From the NCBI GenBank assembly GCA_000004695.1, contig CM000150.2, positions 768,001 through 832,000 of the forward strand: a stretch of DNA of 64,000 bases, read 5' to 3'. This document shows positions 30,097 through 43,677 of the stretch, piece by piece. The notes beneath the pieces were generated by a model. It saw nothing but the letters and a program-made list of their open reading frames with translations, did no database searches and was not told the DNA's origin. The translations under genes were made by a program, and so were the position numbers. Within the stretch, counting starts at the first letter, position 1. Every line of letters starts with the position of its first letter. The DNA comes from Dictyostelium discoideum (lineage: Eukaryota).

Positions 30097-31005
30097 ATGG
30101 AACGAATGATAAATTATTTCTCTCCTTCAAAGGGAACAAAAAAACTTCAAAATGCTGTCAACGATCCAAATATAGATCAAGGATTACCATCTCATATTTT
30201 GCTTGTTAAAGTTATTGATCAGGGTAATAATAGAACTGGAAATAAAATAAGAAGAAAATTGTATAGATTTATGAAAGACACAAATAATGTTGGGGGTAGA
30301 ATTTGGTATCCAAGAGATCATGCCGAAACCTCTCAAATATATTGGGGATTCTTTGGACAGGATATTATAACTCAAGCATGGGCAGTAAACTTAATTTTGG
30401 ACTTTGAACGTTCAACGAAAATCTCTATCCCAGGAAATTGGAGATTTACTGTGGTTTTATCTAAACCTGTGGTGGATTCTGATGTAATCGGTAACCTATT
30501 AAACAAATTTAATTTCGAAGAAAACGAATTCGCCAAATTGAAAGAAGATTTTAGTGAGTTGAGCAATGCCTATGAACAACTAAAAAAAGAAGTCAAAGAA
30601 AATGAACAACTAAAAAAACAAGTCATAGAAAATGAACAACTAAAAAAAGAAGTAAAAGAAAATGAACAACCAAAAAAAGAAGTCATAGAAAATGAAAAAC
30701 CAAAAAAAGAAGTCATAGAAAATGAACAACTAAAAAAAGAAGTCATAGAAAATGAACAACCAAAAAAAGAAGTCAAACAAAATGAACAACTAAAAAAAGA
30801 AGTCAAAGAAAATGAACAACCAAAAAAACAAGTCAAAGAAAATGAAAAACCAAAAAAAGAAGTCATAGAAAATGAACAACTAAAAAAAGAAGTCAAACAA
30901 AATGAACAACCAAAAAAACAAGTCAAAGAAAATGAACAACTGAAAAAAGAAGTCAAGGAAAATGAAAAACCCAATAATTTTTCTTTTTCTGTTAAAAAAG
31001 AATAA
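30097..31005 (+). CDS. Hypothetical protein: ~150-aa N-terminal globular region + 16 tandem 10-aa repeats NEQ[L/P]KKEV[K/I]E
   Basis: A 302-aa ORF. The N-terminal part (MERMINYFSPSKGTKKLQNAVNDPNIDQGLPSHILLVKVIDQGNNRTGNKIRRKLYRFMKDTNNVGGRIWYPRDHAETSQIYWGFFGQDIITQAWAVNLILDFERSTKISIPGNWRFTVVLSKPVVDSDVIGNLL) has no recognised family. From about 30574 there is a near-perfect 30-bp DNA tandem repeat (GAAAATGAACAACTAAAAAAAGAAGTCAAA) of ~13 units. The antisense ORF 30570..30974 is an artefact of the repeat. Confidence 0.65.
   Translation: MERMINYFSPSKGTKKLQNAVNDPNIDQGLPSHILLVKVIDQGNNRTGNKIRRKLYRFMKDTNNVGGRIWYPRDHAETSQIYWGFFGQDIITQAWAVNLILDFERSTKISIPGNWRFTVVLSKPVVDSDVIGNLLNKFNFEENEFAKLKEDFSELSNAYEQLKKEVKENEQLKKQVIENEQLKKEVKENEQPKKEVIENEKPKKEVIENEQLKKEVIENEQPKKEVKQNEQLKKEVKENEQPKKQVKENEKPKKEVIENEQLKKEVKQNEQPKKQVKENEQLKKEVKENEKPNNFSFSVKKE
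30574..30970. repeat. 30-bp tandem repeat (~13 units, >90% identical) inside the CDS 30097..31005
   Basis: The unit is gaaaatgaacaa[c/a]taaaaaaa[g/c]aagtca[a/t]agaa. Its 30-bp period keeps the reading frame. Confidence 0.9.
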
Positions 31006-31345
31006 AATTAAATAAAATTTTCTATTGGTATAGAAATTTATTATGCCTTTTAGGTATGATCACTTACATATTTCAAAAAACATCTACTCTTTTTAACTTA
31101 TTATAATTGTGAAAACAATATCAAAAAAAACAAAATTTTTTTTTTTCTTTTATTAATCAAATTTGTAATTTTTTGAAAAAAAAAGAATAATAATAATATT
31201 ATAATTAAAATAATTTAAAAATTAAAAAAAATTAAATAAAATTAAATATATTATTTCTTTTGATATAGATTTTTATGAAATTTTTTACTTGGGGGAAAAT
31301 TTTATTTATATTATTATTATTTTTTTTTTTTATAAAGATTATTAA

Positions 31346-32788
<1,443 letters not shown>

Positions 32789-32800
32789 TTTATATATGTA

Positions 32801-33060
32801 TATATAAAAAATAATAAATAAAAATAAATAAAAATAAATAAAAATAAATAAAAATAAATAAATAAAATATAAATAAATAAATATGAATAAATAAATATGA
32901 ATAAATAAATATAAATAAATAAATAAATAAATAAAAATAAATAAATAAATAAAAATAAATTAATAAATATAAATAAATAAATAAATAAATAAATAATAAT
33001 AAAAAAATAAATAAATAAATAAAATAAATATAAATATATAAATATAAAAAAATAAATTAA
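32801..33060. repeat. (AAATA/AAATAAAT)n A-rich microsatellite
   Basis: About 260 bp of aaataaat-type units, directly downstream of the 32788 start (gene upstream region). Confidence 0.85.
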
Positions 33061-33415
33061 ATAATAAAATTGATTAATACATAAAATAAAAAAAAATTTT
33101 GTTTGTTCAATTTATATAGAAAAAAAAAAAAAAAAAAAATTAGTAATGAAATTCATTATTATTATTATTTTTATTTTTATTATTATTTTTATTTTTATTA
33201 TTATTGAAATATGAAGTGGAAATCGTTATTCTTAACAACATTTTTTTCTTGTGGTATTGATAGAGTGTGAAGATTAAGGAATAAAAAAAAACCAAAAAAA
33301 ACCAAAAAAAAAATTTAACCATATTAGGTGCTCTACCCCACCCAAAATGATTAAAAAATAATAAAAAAAAAAAAAAAAAATTAAAAATAAAAAAATGAAC
33401 CCAGAGTGTTTATTA

Positions 33416-33452
<37 letters not shown>

Positions 33453-34088
33453 GAATGCATAAATAAATATGCTATCAATGTGTAAAGATAAAATATTTTT
33501 ACACATTAGATTAACAAAAAAAAAAAAAAAAAAAAATTGATAATAAAAATAATGTTTATTTAAGTGTGAGAGAGAGTTAGTTTTCCTAAAAATAAATTTT
33601 CGATTTTTTTTTTTTCTTTTATTTATTTATTTTTTTTTTTATTTTTTTTTTCCAACTTGAAAATTAACTGTTTTTAATCTATTTATAGAAAAAAAACAAT
33701 AATAATTTTAATGATGCAATGCATGATACTAATAATTATTTTCTTATTTTTTTAATTTACAAATTTTATTTATTTATTTATTTTATTTTTTTTATTTTTT
33801 TAATTTTTTTTTATTTTTTTATTTTTTTTATTTTTTGGGCGGGTGAGAACTCATTAAGCGATTGTTGAATACATACTTTTTTTTCTATCATGGTTGAAGT
33901 TCAGGTGCCAAATTTTATAAATGTTTTTTGTTCATTTTAATAAAAAAAAAAAAAAAAAAAAAAACAAAATGATTTGATTGAAAGCCATGAATTATAAACT
34001 TTTTTGAATTTTTTTTTTTTTTTTTATTTTTTTTTTATATTATTTTTTTTTTTTTTTTATTTTTTAATCAATTAAAAGCGAAAATAAA

Positions 34089-35443
34089 ATGGAGAATAGT
34101 GAAGATATTTCATTGAATTCTTCTGAAAAATCGATAGAATCTAGTGTTGTTAATTTAGAGGATCAACAACAATCCCAACAACAAACCCAACAACAAACAT
34201 GTCAAAAAACATTTGTTCAAGAAGCACCAGAATTAACAATACTAATTGATAAATTAATTCAACTTAAACATTCAAATAAAGATGAATTAATAAGTAATAC
34301 TACTAGAATAATCTATATAATTGATCAATATTTAGAACAACCAACATTATTAGATATTCATTTAAACGATATAATTCAACCATTAATAAATTTCATAAAA
34401 TCAAATTATATAAATAACTCTAATAATAATAATACAACAACAACAACAACAACAATAATGACTGAAACAGAAATAGTAATAAAGAAATTATCAATTAAAA
34501 ATTCATTTAGAATTATATATGTCCTATCAAAAGTTAGAGGATTTAAAACAATAGTTAAATTATTTCAACACGAAGCAATTGATCTATTACCAGTATTAGA
34601 TCAATTAGAGATCTCTTATCACCAATGGGTTAATATTAATAAACAAAGAGATAGATTAAATGAAATTTCAGTTTCATATTCAAGTGGTATAAATTTAAAA
34701 AACTATATCAAACCAGAAGAAGAATCAGAACAAGAAGTAGTAGATGAAAATAATAATAATATTAATAATAATCATAATATTGATGATGAATATAATGAAA
34801 ATATTATATCATGGGAAGAAGTTTATGTGTTAGCATTATGGGTTTCATTATTAGTTATAATTCCATTTAAATTTAGTTCATTAGATTCTGCAAGTAGTGG
34901 TACTGCTTCTGCTGCTGGTGATGGTGGTGATGGTGATGGTGATGGTCAATTAAAAAGTATATCATCAAGAATTTTAAAATTAGGTAAATTAGCATTAAGT
35001 GATGTTTCAAAGATTAGAGATTCTTTCTCTGAATTATTATCAAAACTTTTAAATAGACCTGATATGAAATTTGAACAAAAACAATTTATAAAATGGTGTA
35101 CAAATTCAATTCAATTAATTAGTAATAATAATAATAATAATAATCAAAATAATAGTAGTAATAATAATATATTATTAATTATTGGTATATATAGTACATT
35201 AGCAACAATGTTTAAAAAAGGTAATAGATTAGACTTTTTACCAATTGATATGAATTTATATGAAAAGATAATGGAAGCAAATAAATATTTATCATTATCA
35301 GGTTCAGAACGTATTACAAAGAAAATATTTTTAAAATTATTACAAAGAATTGCAATCATTATGTTACCACCAGTATCTGCTTCTTGGAGATATCAAAAAA
35401 TAATTAAACCATTATTATTAAAAGGTGAATTAATAAAACAAAT

Positions 35444-35474
<31 letters not shown>

Positions 35475-38400
35475 AATAATAATGAAGAAGGAGAGGAAGA
35501 GGAAGAAGAAATACCAGAAGAAATTGATGAAATTTTAGAAGAGATTATGAAATCATTAAAAGATAAAGATACAATTATTAGATGGACTAGTGCAAAGGCA
35601 ATTGGTAGAATTGTAAATTTATTACCAAAGGATATGGGTGATCAAGTGATTGGCTTGGTTATTGATCAAATGTTTGAGAAGAATGAATTCATTGATGCAG
35701 ATCCGTCAGCATGGCATGGTGGTTGTTTGGCATTGGCAGAGTTGGCACGTAGAGGTTTACTATTGCCAGAGAGATTGGATGTAGTTGTGCCATTGGTGAT
35801 AAGAGCACTGTTTTTCGATATCATTAAAGGCACCTACAGCATTGGGTCACACGTTAGAGATAGTGCTTGCTATTTATGTTGGGCACTGGCTAGAACCTAT
35901 CATAATTCCATTCTCTCGCCATACCTATTACCAATTTGTAGAAATTTAGTCGTAGTTTCGTTATACGATCGTGAAATTAATTGTAGGAAATCTGCATCGG
36001 CTGCATTTCAAGAAATGGTTGGCAGACATCAAGGATTAGTACCTAACGGTATTGAAATTGTAACGAGTGCTGATTTCTTTACAGTTGGTAATAAAAATAA
36101 TTCATTTACAAGTTTGACCACATTCATTGGTAAATTTCAAATTGATTATTATCCAATAGTTATTAAACATTTGGCAACTATAAAAATCTATAATTGGGAT
36201 TTAGAAATCCGACAATTAGCAAGTAAATCAATTCATCTATTAACAAATATTAATCCAAATGATATCGTTAGTAATTATTTACCATTAATTATACCAAATA
36301 CACAATCTGATTTAGTTCATGTTAAACATGGTGCTTCATTAGCAATATCTGAAATTTTAATTAGTTTATTTGAAAATAATAATATTAATTTATTATCTGA
36401 TAATTTAAAAATGGTAAATATATCTATATTTAATAATTTATTATTATTATTATTTTAATTTATTAATTATATCTTTTTTTTTTTTAAAATAGATGATTTT
36501 AATGACAATTAAAAATACAAAGAATGAAAAATTATTTAAAGGTAAAGGTGGTGTTTTAATTAGAATTGGAATGTGTAAAATTATTTATTCAATTTGTTTA
36601 GTTGAATTTTCGTTAGATAAGAATTTATCAGAAATTAAAAAACCAACAGAATCAACTAGTACTAATGGTAATGAAGATAGAGCAGCAGCATTAAAATTAA
36701 AAATTGCAATGTTAAAAGCAAAAACAGCATCACAAATTAATAAACCAATTATTACACCTCCATCATCAAAATCTACAACAAATAATAATAATAATAATAA
36801 TAATAATAATTTAAATGATAATGAAATTGCATTTAATATTATACTTGGATATTTAAATGAAAATTTAAATCATCCAAATGAAGAAGTTCAAAAAGAAGCA
36901 AGTAAAGCATTTGAATTATTATTTAGTAAATATATATCATCGAATGAAAAGATATCATTATTATTAGAATTAATTGATTCACATTGTAAGACATTAAAAT
37001 TTGATATAAATAGATCAGCAAGAAGAGGTTCATCATTATTATTAGGTTCATTACCATTCAATAGTGCAAATTTATCATATGACCTTTTATCAAAGGTTGT
37101 AAATGAATTAATTCTTTCAATATTTCAAGATGACCCTAAATTTAAAGATATTGAAACTAGAGTTAATTCAATCTCTTCATTATATAAAATTGGAATTTAT
37201 ATTTTAAATTTAATATTTAAAAATCAAGAAAATGAACAAAAAGAAGAAGAAGATTTTAAAAAATCAAAAAATTATAATTTATTTATTAAAATTTGGAATT
37301 GTTTAGGATTAGCTACAAATGATTATTCAATTGATAAAAGAGGTGATATTGGTTCTTGGGTTAGAGAATTATCATGTAAAGTTTTATTTGATTTTATTAA
37401 ATTTATTATTACTAATCAAAATAGCTCAACTACCACTACTACTGCCAGTACTACTGACTTATCAATTGAAAATTTAATTAATGAAAAAATGATTACAGAA
37501 TTCATTTGTAAATTATTCCAACTTTCAGGTGAGAAATTGGATAAGATTAGAGATGTAGCTTGTAAGATAATTCATGAATTACTTTGGATTGAGAATCCAT
37601 CATCAATTAATAATATACCGCATAAGGAGGAATTAAAGAAAATCATTGTAAAGGATCAAGATGTTCATTTCAATTGGTTTAGAACAGAAGAATCTTTACC
37701 ATTAATTTGTAAAGTGCTCAAATTCAATTGTTATTTATATCCATTACTATTCGGCTTATTCTCATCATTAGGTGGTACTTCGAAATATTTAATTAACGAT
37801 TCCATTCAATCGATTAAACAATACTTTTCATCATTTGATAATGACGAAAAAGAGAGATTTGAAAAAATTATATCATTCTCAAAAGCAATATTAGAAATAA
37901 CTAATAATACAACTCAAAGAATGATACAACCAACTTTTAGATCAATTTATAATCTTTTATCAACTCATATATTTGATTTCTTAATAATTAATAATTTAAA
38001 TGAACAATCTATTTTTGAAACTATTTTATTTAATTGTTATCAAATTATTGAATCAAATCAAGATGATATTTATTTATTATTAAATTCAATTGAATTGTAA
38101 GTAGTGTTTTTAATGTTATTATTATTATTATTTGTAGTAGTAGTGGTGTGTATTCCTATATTAACACTTATTTTTTTATTATTTTTTAGATTTTCATACT
38201 TTTTCATTCAATTTGAAAATAATAATAATGAATATATTAAAGATTATTCATTAAAAGCTTTATTATTATTATTATCTAATTTAAAATATCCAAAAGTTAG
38301 AAAATTAGCATCTGATCAATTAAAGAAATCAACTAGATTATTTATCAACAATAATGGGGATGATGAAACACCATCCTTAATTAAATCATTAATATTCAAT

Positions 38401-38703
38401 ACAAAATGGGATGATTCTGTAGATTTGATTATAGAACCTTTAAAATCATTATTATTACTTTTAAATCAAAAACATTTATTAGAATTATTATCTGAAAATC
38501 CAACTAAAAAACCAATACCATTAGCTCCACCAATTACATCAATTGAAGAATTAAAAGATAAAATTCAAAATCCACATAAACAATCAGATGATAATAATAA
38601 TAATAATAATGGTGAATTAATAAATAATAATACTGAAAATAATAATAATAATAATTTTGATGATAATTTACCAGAAGATTCTCAAGATTTAATGGAAATT
38701 TAA
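34089..38703 (+). CDS. tbcD: Tubulin-specific chaperone D (tubulin folding cofactor D, TBCD); join(34089..36413,36493..38096,38190..38703)
   Basis: The N-terminus (IIDQYLEQPTLLDIHLNDIIQPLINFIKS...SKVRGFKTIVKLFQHEAIDLLPVLDQLE) matches the human TBCD N-terminus (MDKYQEQPHLLDPHLEWMM...TKVRGYKTFLRLFPHEV). The central block RWTSAKAIGRIVNLLPKDMGDQVIGLVIDQ...AWHGGCLALAELARRGLLLPERL...VRDSACYLCWALARTY...REINCRKSASAAFQEMVGRHQGLVPNGIEIVTSADFFTVGN is highly similar to human TBCD. Intron 1 has a GTAAAT donor (36414) and AG (36491/36492). Its placement gives LSDNLKM-MILMTIKNTKNEKLFKGKGG, which is length-matched to human [27 protein letters not shown]. Intron 2 has a GTAAGT donor (38097) and AG (38188/38189). 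After it, LLLLLSNLKYPKVRKLASDQL matches LFLLLGHPFPVIRKTTASQVY. Confidence 0.85.
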
Positions 38704-38803
38704 AAAAAAATAAAATAAAATAAAATAAATAAAAATAATTGTTTTTTTTTTTTTAATTTTTTTTATTTTATTTACATTTATTTTATTTGTTTTTTGTTTT
38801 TAT

Positions 38804-41101
38804 TTAATAACCTCTAATTTCTTTTAAAACTTTATCTTTTTCACTTGAAGAAACTTTACCATAACTTGAAAATTCCATTGAAAAAGAAGCATTACCAGAA
38901 GTGAAACTTCTCAATTGAGTTGAATAACCAATCATTTCTTTAAGTGGAACGATAGCAGAGATTATATGAGTATTCTTTTCCATACCAACATCTAAAATTG
39001 TACCTCTTCTTTGACGTGATAAATCTGATAAAACATTTCCAAGATATTTTTCATCAACAGTAATTTCAATTTTCATTAATGGTTCTAAAATGATTGGTTC
39101 GCATTGTTCACCCAATGCAATAAAATTTTTAATACTACTCATTCTAAAAGCTAATGGTGGTGAATCAGAATCTGAATTATAATCAATGGCACTTATGGTG
39201 ACTTTAGTATCAACAACTGGGAAACCCATTGGTAAACCACGTTGGAATGATGATTCTAAACCTTCGGTTATTGAAATTTTAATTTTTTCCAATGTTGATT
39301 TATCAAATGATTCTAAAAATCCCTTTTTGAAATCGAAAATGATTTCATTACCTGTACCAATTTCTTTTGGTTCAATTGACATATTAATACCAGCATGGAA
39401 TGTTTTCATACCTGTACCAGTTTGGATGTTAAATTCTGATTGATTGATTCCATCATCAGCTTCATCAAATGTTGATTGTGATGAATAAGAAATTGAGCCA
39501 CGATATTGAACTTGCATTTTACCCATTCTACTATCGACTTTAAAGTGATTATCTAAACGATCTTTTATAATCTCCAAATGAAGTTCACCCATACCACTAA
39601 TTAAAATATTTTGATCATCTGTAACTTGAAAATGGAATGATGGATCCTCTTTTTGAAGAATAGTTAATGCATCTATCAATTGTGGAATTTCACTTTCAGA
39701 ATTTGCTTCCAATGTACAAAAGAAAACTGGTGGTGGTGTTTTAATACCATTTAATATGATTTTTGGTGCCTTATCAAAGTCTCTAACTAGTGTATCACCG
39801 GTTGAAACATTCTTTAAACCAAGGATTGCACCAATATCACCAGCTTTCAATTCTTGAATATCATCCATTTCACTTGCTGATACTTGAAGTAATTTTGTTG
39901 CTCTTTCTCTTGATTTTCTTGTTGAATTATAAATGTTTGTACCAGCTTTTAATATACCAGAATAAACACGAGTATAAACTATTAAACCACGTCTTGGATC
40001 ATGTACCACTTTAAATGCCAATGCTACCAATTCACCTTTTGTATCACTTTTAATTGGTATATTGGTTTTAGGATTTGATTCATCATATGGATTTGGTAAA
40101 ATGGCTAATGGTGGTTCTCTATCGATTGGTGATGGTAAAAAATCTACAACACTATCCAATAATTGTTGAACACCTTTATTTTGTAATGATGTACCATATA
40201 AAACTGGTACTGCTTTAATTGATAATGTTACTCTTCTAATTGCTTCTTTCATTTGAGTTGGTGTAATTTTTGAATCATCACCATCATTCTCCAAGTATAA
40301 TTGTAACATATCTTCATCCAAATCTGAAAGTTTTTGAATTAATTCCGATCTTTTCTCTTTAACCAATTCAATTGTCTCTTGATCCAATAAAGTTTGATTT
40401 GATGTTGACGTTGTTAAAAGTGGTGTTTTTTCAATGATTTCACCTTTTTCACCTGACCATGAAATTAAATTCATTTCAATTAAATCTACAACAGTTGAAA
40501 ATTTTGCACCAGTGCCTAATGGCCATTGAATTGGTAAAGGATTTGCACCTAAACGATCAGTCATCATTTTTAAAGTTTTATCAATTGATGAACCTTCTCT
40601 ATCCATTTTATTGATAAATGCAATTCTTGGTACTTTATATCTTTCCGCTTGATTCCAAACTGTAATGGATTGAGCTTGAACTCCTGCAACACCATCAAAA
40701 ATTGCAACACCACCATCAATCACTCTAACTGATCTTTCAACCTCAACTGTGAAATCAACATGTCCTGGTGTATCTACAATATTAATTCTATGATCATTCC
40801 ATGGAATTGTAACTGTTGCTGCACCAATTGTAATACCTCTTTCTCTTTCTAATTTCATATAATCCATTATTGTATCTCCTTTATGAACTTCACCAATTCT
40901 TTTAATTAAACCTGAATAATATAACATTCTTTCACATGTTGTGGTTTTACCTGCATCAACATGTGCAATAATACCAATATTTCTATAATTATTTATTTGA
41001 TTTGAAACATTTTTTGTTTGATTTAAAAATGATGAATAATTTCTAATTGAATTTTGAATTAAATTTTTTCTAATTTTATTATTACATAAATTTTTTAACA
41101 T
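38804..41101 (-). CDS. gfm2: Mitochondrial elongation factor G 2 / ribosome-releasing factor 2 (EF-G2mt, GFM2-type)
   Basis: A 765-aa single ORF. It has an N-terminal presequence-like region ([25 protein letters not shown]). Its G-domain motifs are closer to GFM2 than GFM1: [21 protein letters not shown] (GFM2 [21 protein letters not shown]), [47 protein letters not shown] and [15 protein letters not shown] (GFM2 PRICFLNKMDKTGAS). EF-G domains II-V are present ([10 protein letters not shown]..., [21 protein letters not shown]). Confidence 0.85.
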   Translation of the reverse strand: MLKNLCNNKIRKNLIQNSIRNYSSFLNQTKNVSNQINNYRNIGIIAHVDAGKTTTCERMLYYSGLIKRIGEVHKGDTIMDYMKLERERGITIGAATVTIPWNDHRINIVDTPGHVDFTVEVERSVRVIDGGVAIFDGVAGVQAQSITVWNQAERYKVPRIAFINKMDREGSSIDKTLKMMTDRLGANPLPIQWPLGTGAKFSTVVDLIEMNLISWSGEKGEIIEKTPLLTTSTSNQTLLDQETIELVKEKRSELIQKLSDLDEDMLQLYLENDGDDSKITPTQMKEAIRRVTLSIKAVPVLYGTSLQNKGVQQLLDSVVDFLPSPIDREPPLAILPNPYDESNPKTNIPIKSDTKGELVALAFKVVHDPRRGLIVYTRVYSGILKAGTNIYNSTRKSRERATKLLQVSASEMDDIQELKAGDIGAILGLKNVSTGDTLVRDFDKAPKIILNGIKTPPPVFFCTLEANSESEIPQLIDALTILQKEDPSFHFQVTDDQNILISGMGELHLEIIKDRLDNHFKVDSRMGKMQVQYRGSISYSSQSTFDEADDGINQSEFNIQTGTGMKTFHAGINMSIEPKEIGTGNEIIFDFKKGFLESFDKSTLEKIKISITEGLESSFQRGLPMGFPVVDTKVTISAIDYNSDSDSPPLAFRMSSIKNFIALGEQCEPIILEPLMKIEITVDEKYLGNVLSDLSRQRRGTILDVGMEKNTHIISAIVPLKEMIGYSTQLRSFTSGNASFSMEFSSYGKVSSSEKDKVLKEIRGY

Positions 41102-41236
41102 ATTTAATTTTTCGTTTTTTTTTTTTTAATTTAAAAAAACGAATAATTAAATGTAAAAACTAATTTTCATATTTTTTTTTTTTTTCAAAAAAATAAAATT
41201 TTTTTTTTTTTTTTTTTTTAATCACCATTTGATTTT

Positions 41237-41371
41237 ATGAAAAGATTTTATTCAACTTTAAAAAAAATGTCTGATTTAACAATTTGCACTCATTCAGGTA
41301 GTTTTCATGCTGATGAAGCTTTAGCTTGTTATTTATTAAAATTATTACCAACATATAAAGATTCAAGTAAG

Positions 41372-41402
<31 letters not shown>

Positions 41403-42455
41403 AACCGAACGTTTTAAGAAAACTAATTTCTAAAAATAATTTTTTTTTTTTTTTTTTATTTATTTTTAGAAATTATTAGAAGTAGAGATAAAAGTGTAAT
41501 TGAAAAATCAACAGTTGCAGTTGATGTTGGAGCAGTTTATAATTTTGAAAAATTAAGATTTGATCATCATCAATCAGGATTCACAGAAACATTTGATGAT
41601 AAACATGATATTAAATTATCAAGTGCAGGTTTAATTTATAAACATTATGGTAAAGATATCATTAAACAACGTTTAGATACAAATGATTCAATTACAGAAT
41701 TATTATATCAAAAACTTTATGATAGTATGATTCAAGAATTGGATGGTGTTGATAATGGTGTTGAAAGATATCCATCAGATATTAAACCAAGATATCAATC
41801 TGGTTCATCAATTAGTGCTAGAGTTGGCCATTTAAATCAAGGTTGGAATGAACCACAAGATGATGAAATTGTAAATAAACAATTTGAGAAAGCAATGGAA
41901 TTAATGGGTCAATACTTTTTAGATCGTTTAGATTATTATGGTAAAGTAAGTATAAATTTATATAAATAAATATAAATAAATATAAATAAAAAAATAAATA
42001 AATAAATAATAATTTTTTTTATTTTTTATTTTCTAAATTAGTCATGGTTACCATGTAGATCAATTGTTGAAAATGCTTTAGAAAATAGAAAACAAACTCA
42101 TTCATCAGGTGAAATTTTAATTTTAGATATGTTTTGTCCATGGAAAGATCATTTATTCTCATTAGAACAAGAAAAGGATATTAAAACTCCAATTAAATTT
42201 GTACTTTTTGAAGATACATCAGGTCAATGGAGAGTATCAGCAGTTGGTATCAATTTACATTCATTCACACTTCGTTTACCACTTCCAGAGGAATGGAGAG
42301 GTAAAAGAGATGAAGAATTATCTCAAATTAGTGGTATTGAAGGTTGTGTTTTTGCTCATGCAAATGGTTTCATTGGTGGTAATAAAACTAGAGAAGGTGC
42401 TTTATTAATGGCAATTAAAACTTTAAATCAATCTCCAAAAACTTTACTTGAATAA
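41237..42455 (+). CDS. myg1: MYG1 / UPF0160 family metal-dependent protein hydrolase; join(41237..41366,41470..41945,42042..42455)
   Basis: Exon 1 (MKRFYSTLKKMSDLTICTHSGSFHADEALACYLLKLLPTYKDS) matches human [28 protein letters not shown] and has a GTAAGT donor at 41367. Exon 2 starts at AG 41468/41469 and is KIIRSRDKSVIEKSTVAVDVGAVYNFEKLRFDHHQSGFTETF..., matching [41 protein letters not shown]. It ends DYYGK with a GTAAGT donor at 41946. Exon 3 starts at AG 42040/42041 and is SWLPCRSIVENAL...CPWKDHLFSLE...RLPLPEEWRGKRDEELSQISGIEGCVFAHANGFIGGNKTREGALLMA, matching human HSWLPARALVEEAL...CPWKEHLYHLE...RLPLPEPWRGLRDEALDQVSGIPGCIFVHASGFIGGHRTREGALSMA. Confidence 0.85.
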
Positions 42456-42582
42456 ATAAAATAAAATAAAATAAAATAAAATAAAATAAAATAAAAAAAA
42501 AAAAAATAGATCTATAGTTTAATTTATTATTTTTATTTTTTATTAATTATTTATTATATAAATTACTAGTTTTGAAAATTTT

Positions 42583-43511
42583 TTAATTACTATTAATTTC
42601 TTTTAATTTTGTTTCAGTTATTTTTGTAATTGATTTTATATAATCATCAGTAATTTTTTGAATATTTTTTTCAAGGGTCTTTTCATCATCTTTTGTAAGT
42701 TTGTAACGTTTTAAAATATCCATACCATCTTTTCTGTGTCTTCTAATTGAAACTTTTGCATCTTCAGAGATTGTATTTACTTGTTTAATTAATTTTTGTC
42801 TTAAATCTTGAGTTGGTTTTGGTAATGATACTCTAATTGTTGTATCAAATGTTTGAGGATTTAATCCTAATCCAGAGTTTGTTAATGCTCTTTCTACATT
42901 ACTAAGTAACTTTATTATTATTATTATTTTTTATTATTATTAAAAACAATTATTAATTATTAATTATTAATTGTTTTTTTTAAAAATTTAGTTTTTAAAA
43001 TACATACAGAACTATCATATAATGTAATATTTAAAGTTAAAGAATCTTTAATAGTAATCATTGCCATATGTGGTAATAGTAAATTACCACTTGGAGTTTC
43101 AACATTAATACGTTCTAATAATTCTGGACCAACACGACCAAAACGAATATTACCTAATTCTCTTGAAACGTATTCTATAGTTTTATCACCTTGACTACTA
43201 ACTGAACTAATATCAACTTGTTTCCATGGTGTGAAAACTTCATCATCTTTACTATTGCTTTTACCACCACCACCACCACCACTCTTTTTAGCTCTTAATG
43301 TCATTACTGAATTTTCATTAAAAATTGAAAATGGTGATCTTCTTTGAAATGATGATGTTGTTGTGGTTTTTGCAACACTAATAATACCTCTATAAGTTTG
43401 TTGTTGTTGATTTGAATTGTTACCAATTGAACGAACAAAACATCCTGAAAATCTATTAATTCCTCTAATCATTTTCTTTTTTTTTTTTTTTTTTTTTATT
43501 ATTTTTTTCAA
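42583..43511 (-). CDS. mrrf: Ribosome-recycling factor, mitochondrial (RRF/frr family); join(43511..43008,42909..42583)
   Basis: Exon 1 has a basic N-terminal presequence (possibly starting at the second Met, MIRGINRF...). It runs ...DKTIEYVSRELGNIRFGRVGPELLERINVETPSGNLLLPHMAMITIKDSLTLNITLYDSS and ends at a GTATGT donor (43007). The 98-bp intron ends at AG 42911/42910. Exon 2 is LLSNVERALTNSGLGLNPQTFDTTIRVSLPKPTQDLRQKLIKQVNTISEDAKVSIRRHRKDGMDILKR...DDEKTLEKNIQKITDDYIKSI.... It aligns across the whole RRF domain with E. coli RRF (IRTGRASPSLLDGIVV...[54 protein letters not shown]...). Confidence 0.85.
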
Positions 43512-43549
43512 ATAATAAACACAAATGAAAATATAATATATCTTAAAAA

Positions 43550-43590
<41 letters not shown>

Positions 43591-43677
43591 AAAAAAGTAT
43601 AAACGAAATTTTTACGAGATATTCATTTTTCATATTTTCATTTTATTTTTATTTTTATTTTTATTTTTTATTTTTTT

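Noticed and set aside
30570-30974. 134-aa minus-strand ORF (MGFSFSLTSFFSCSFSL...)
   Set aside because: It is the antisense reading of the 30-bp tandem repeat inside CDS 30097..31005. The periodicity comes from the repeat, not a gene.
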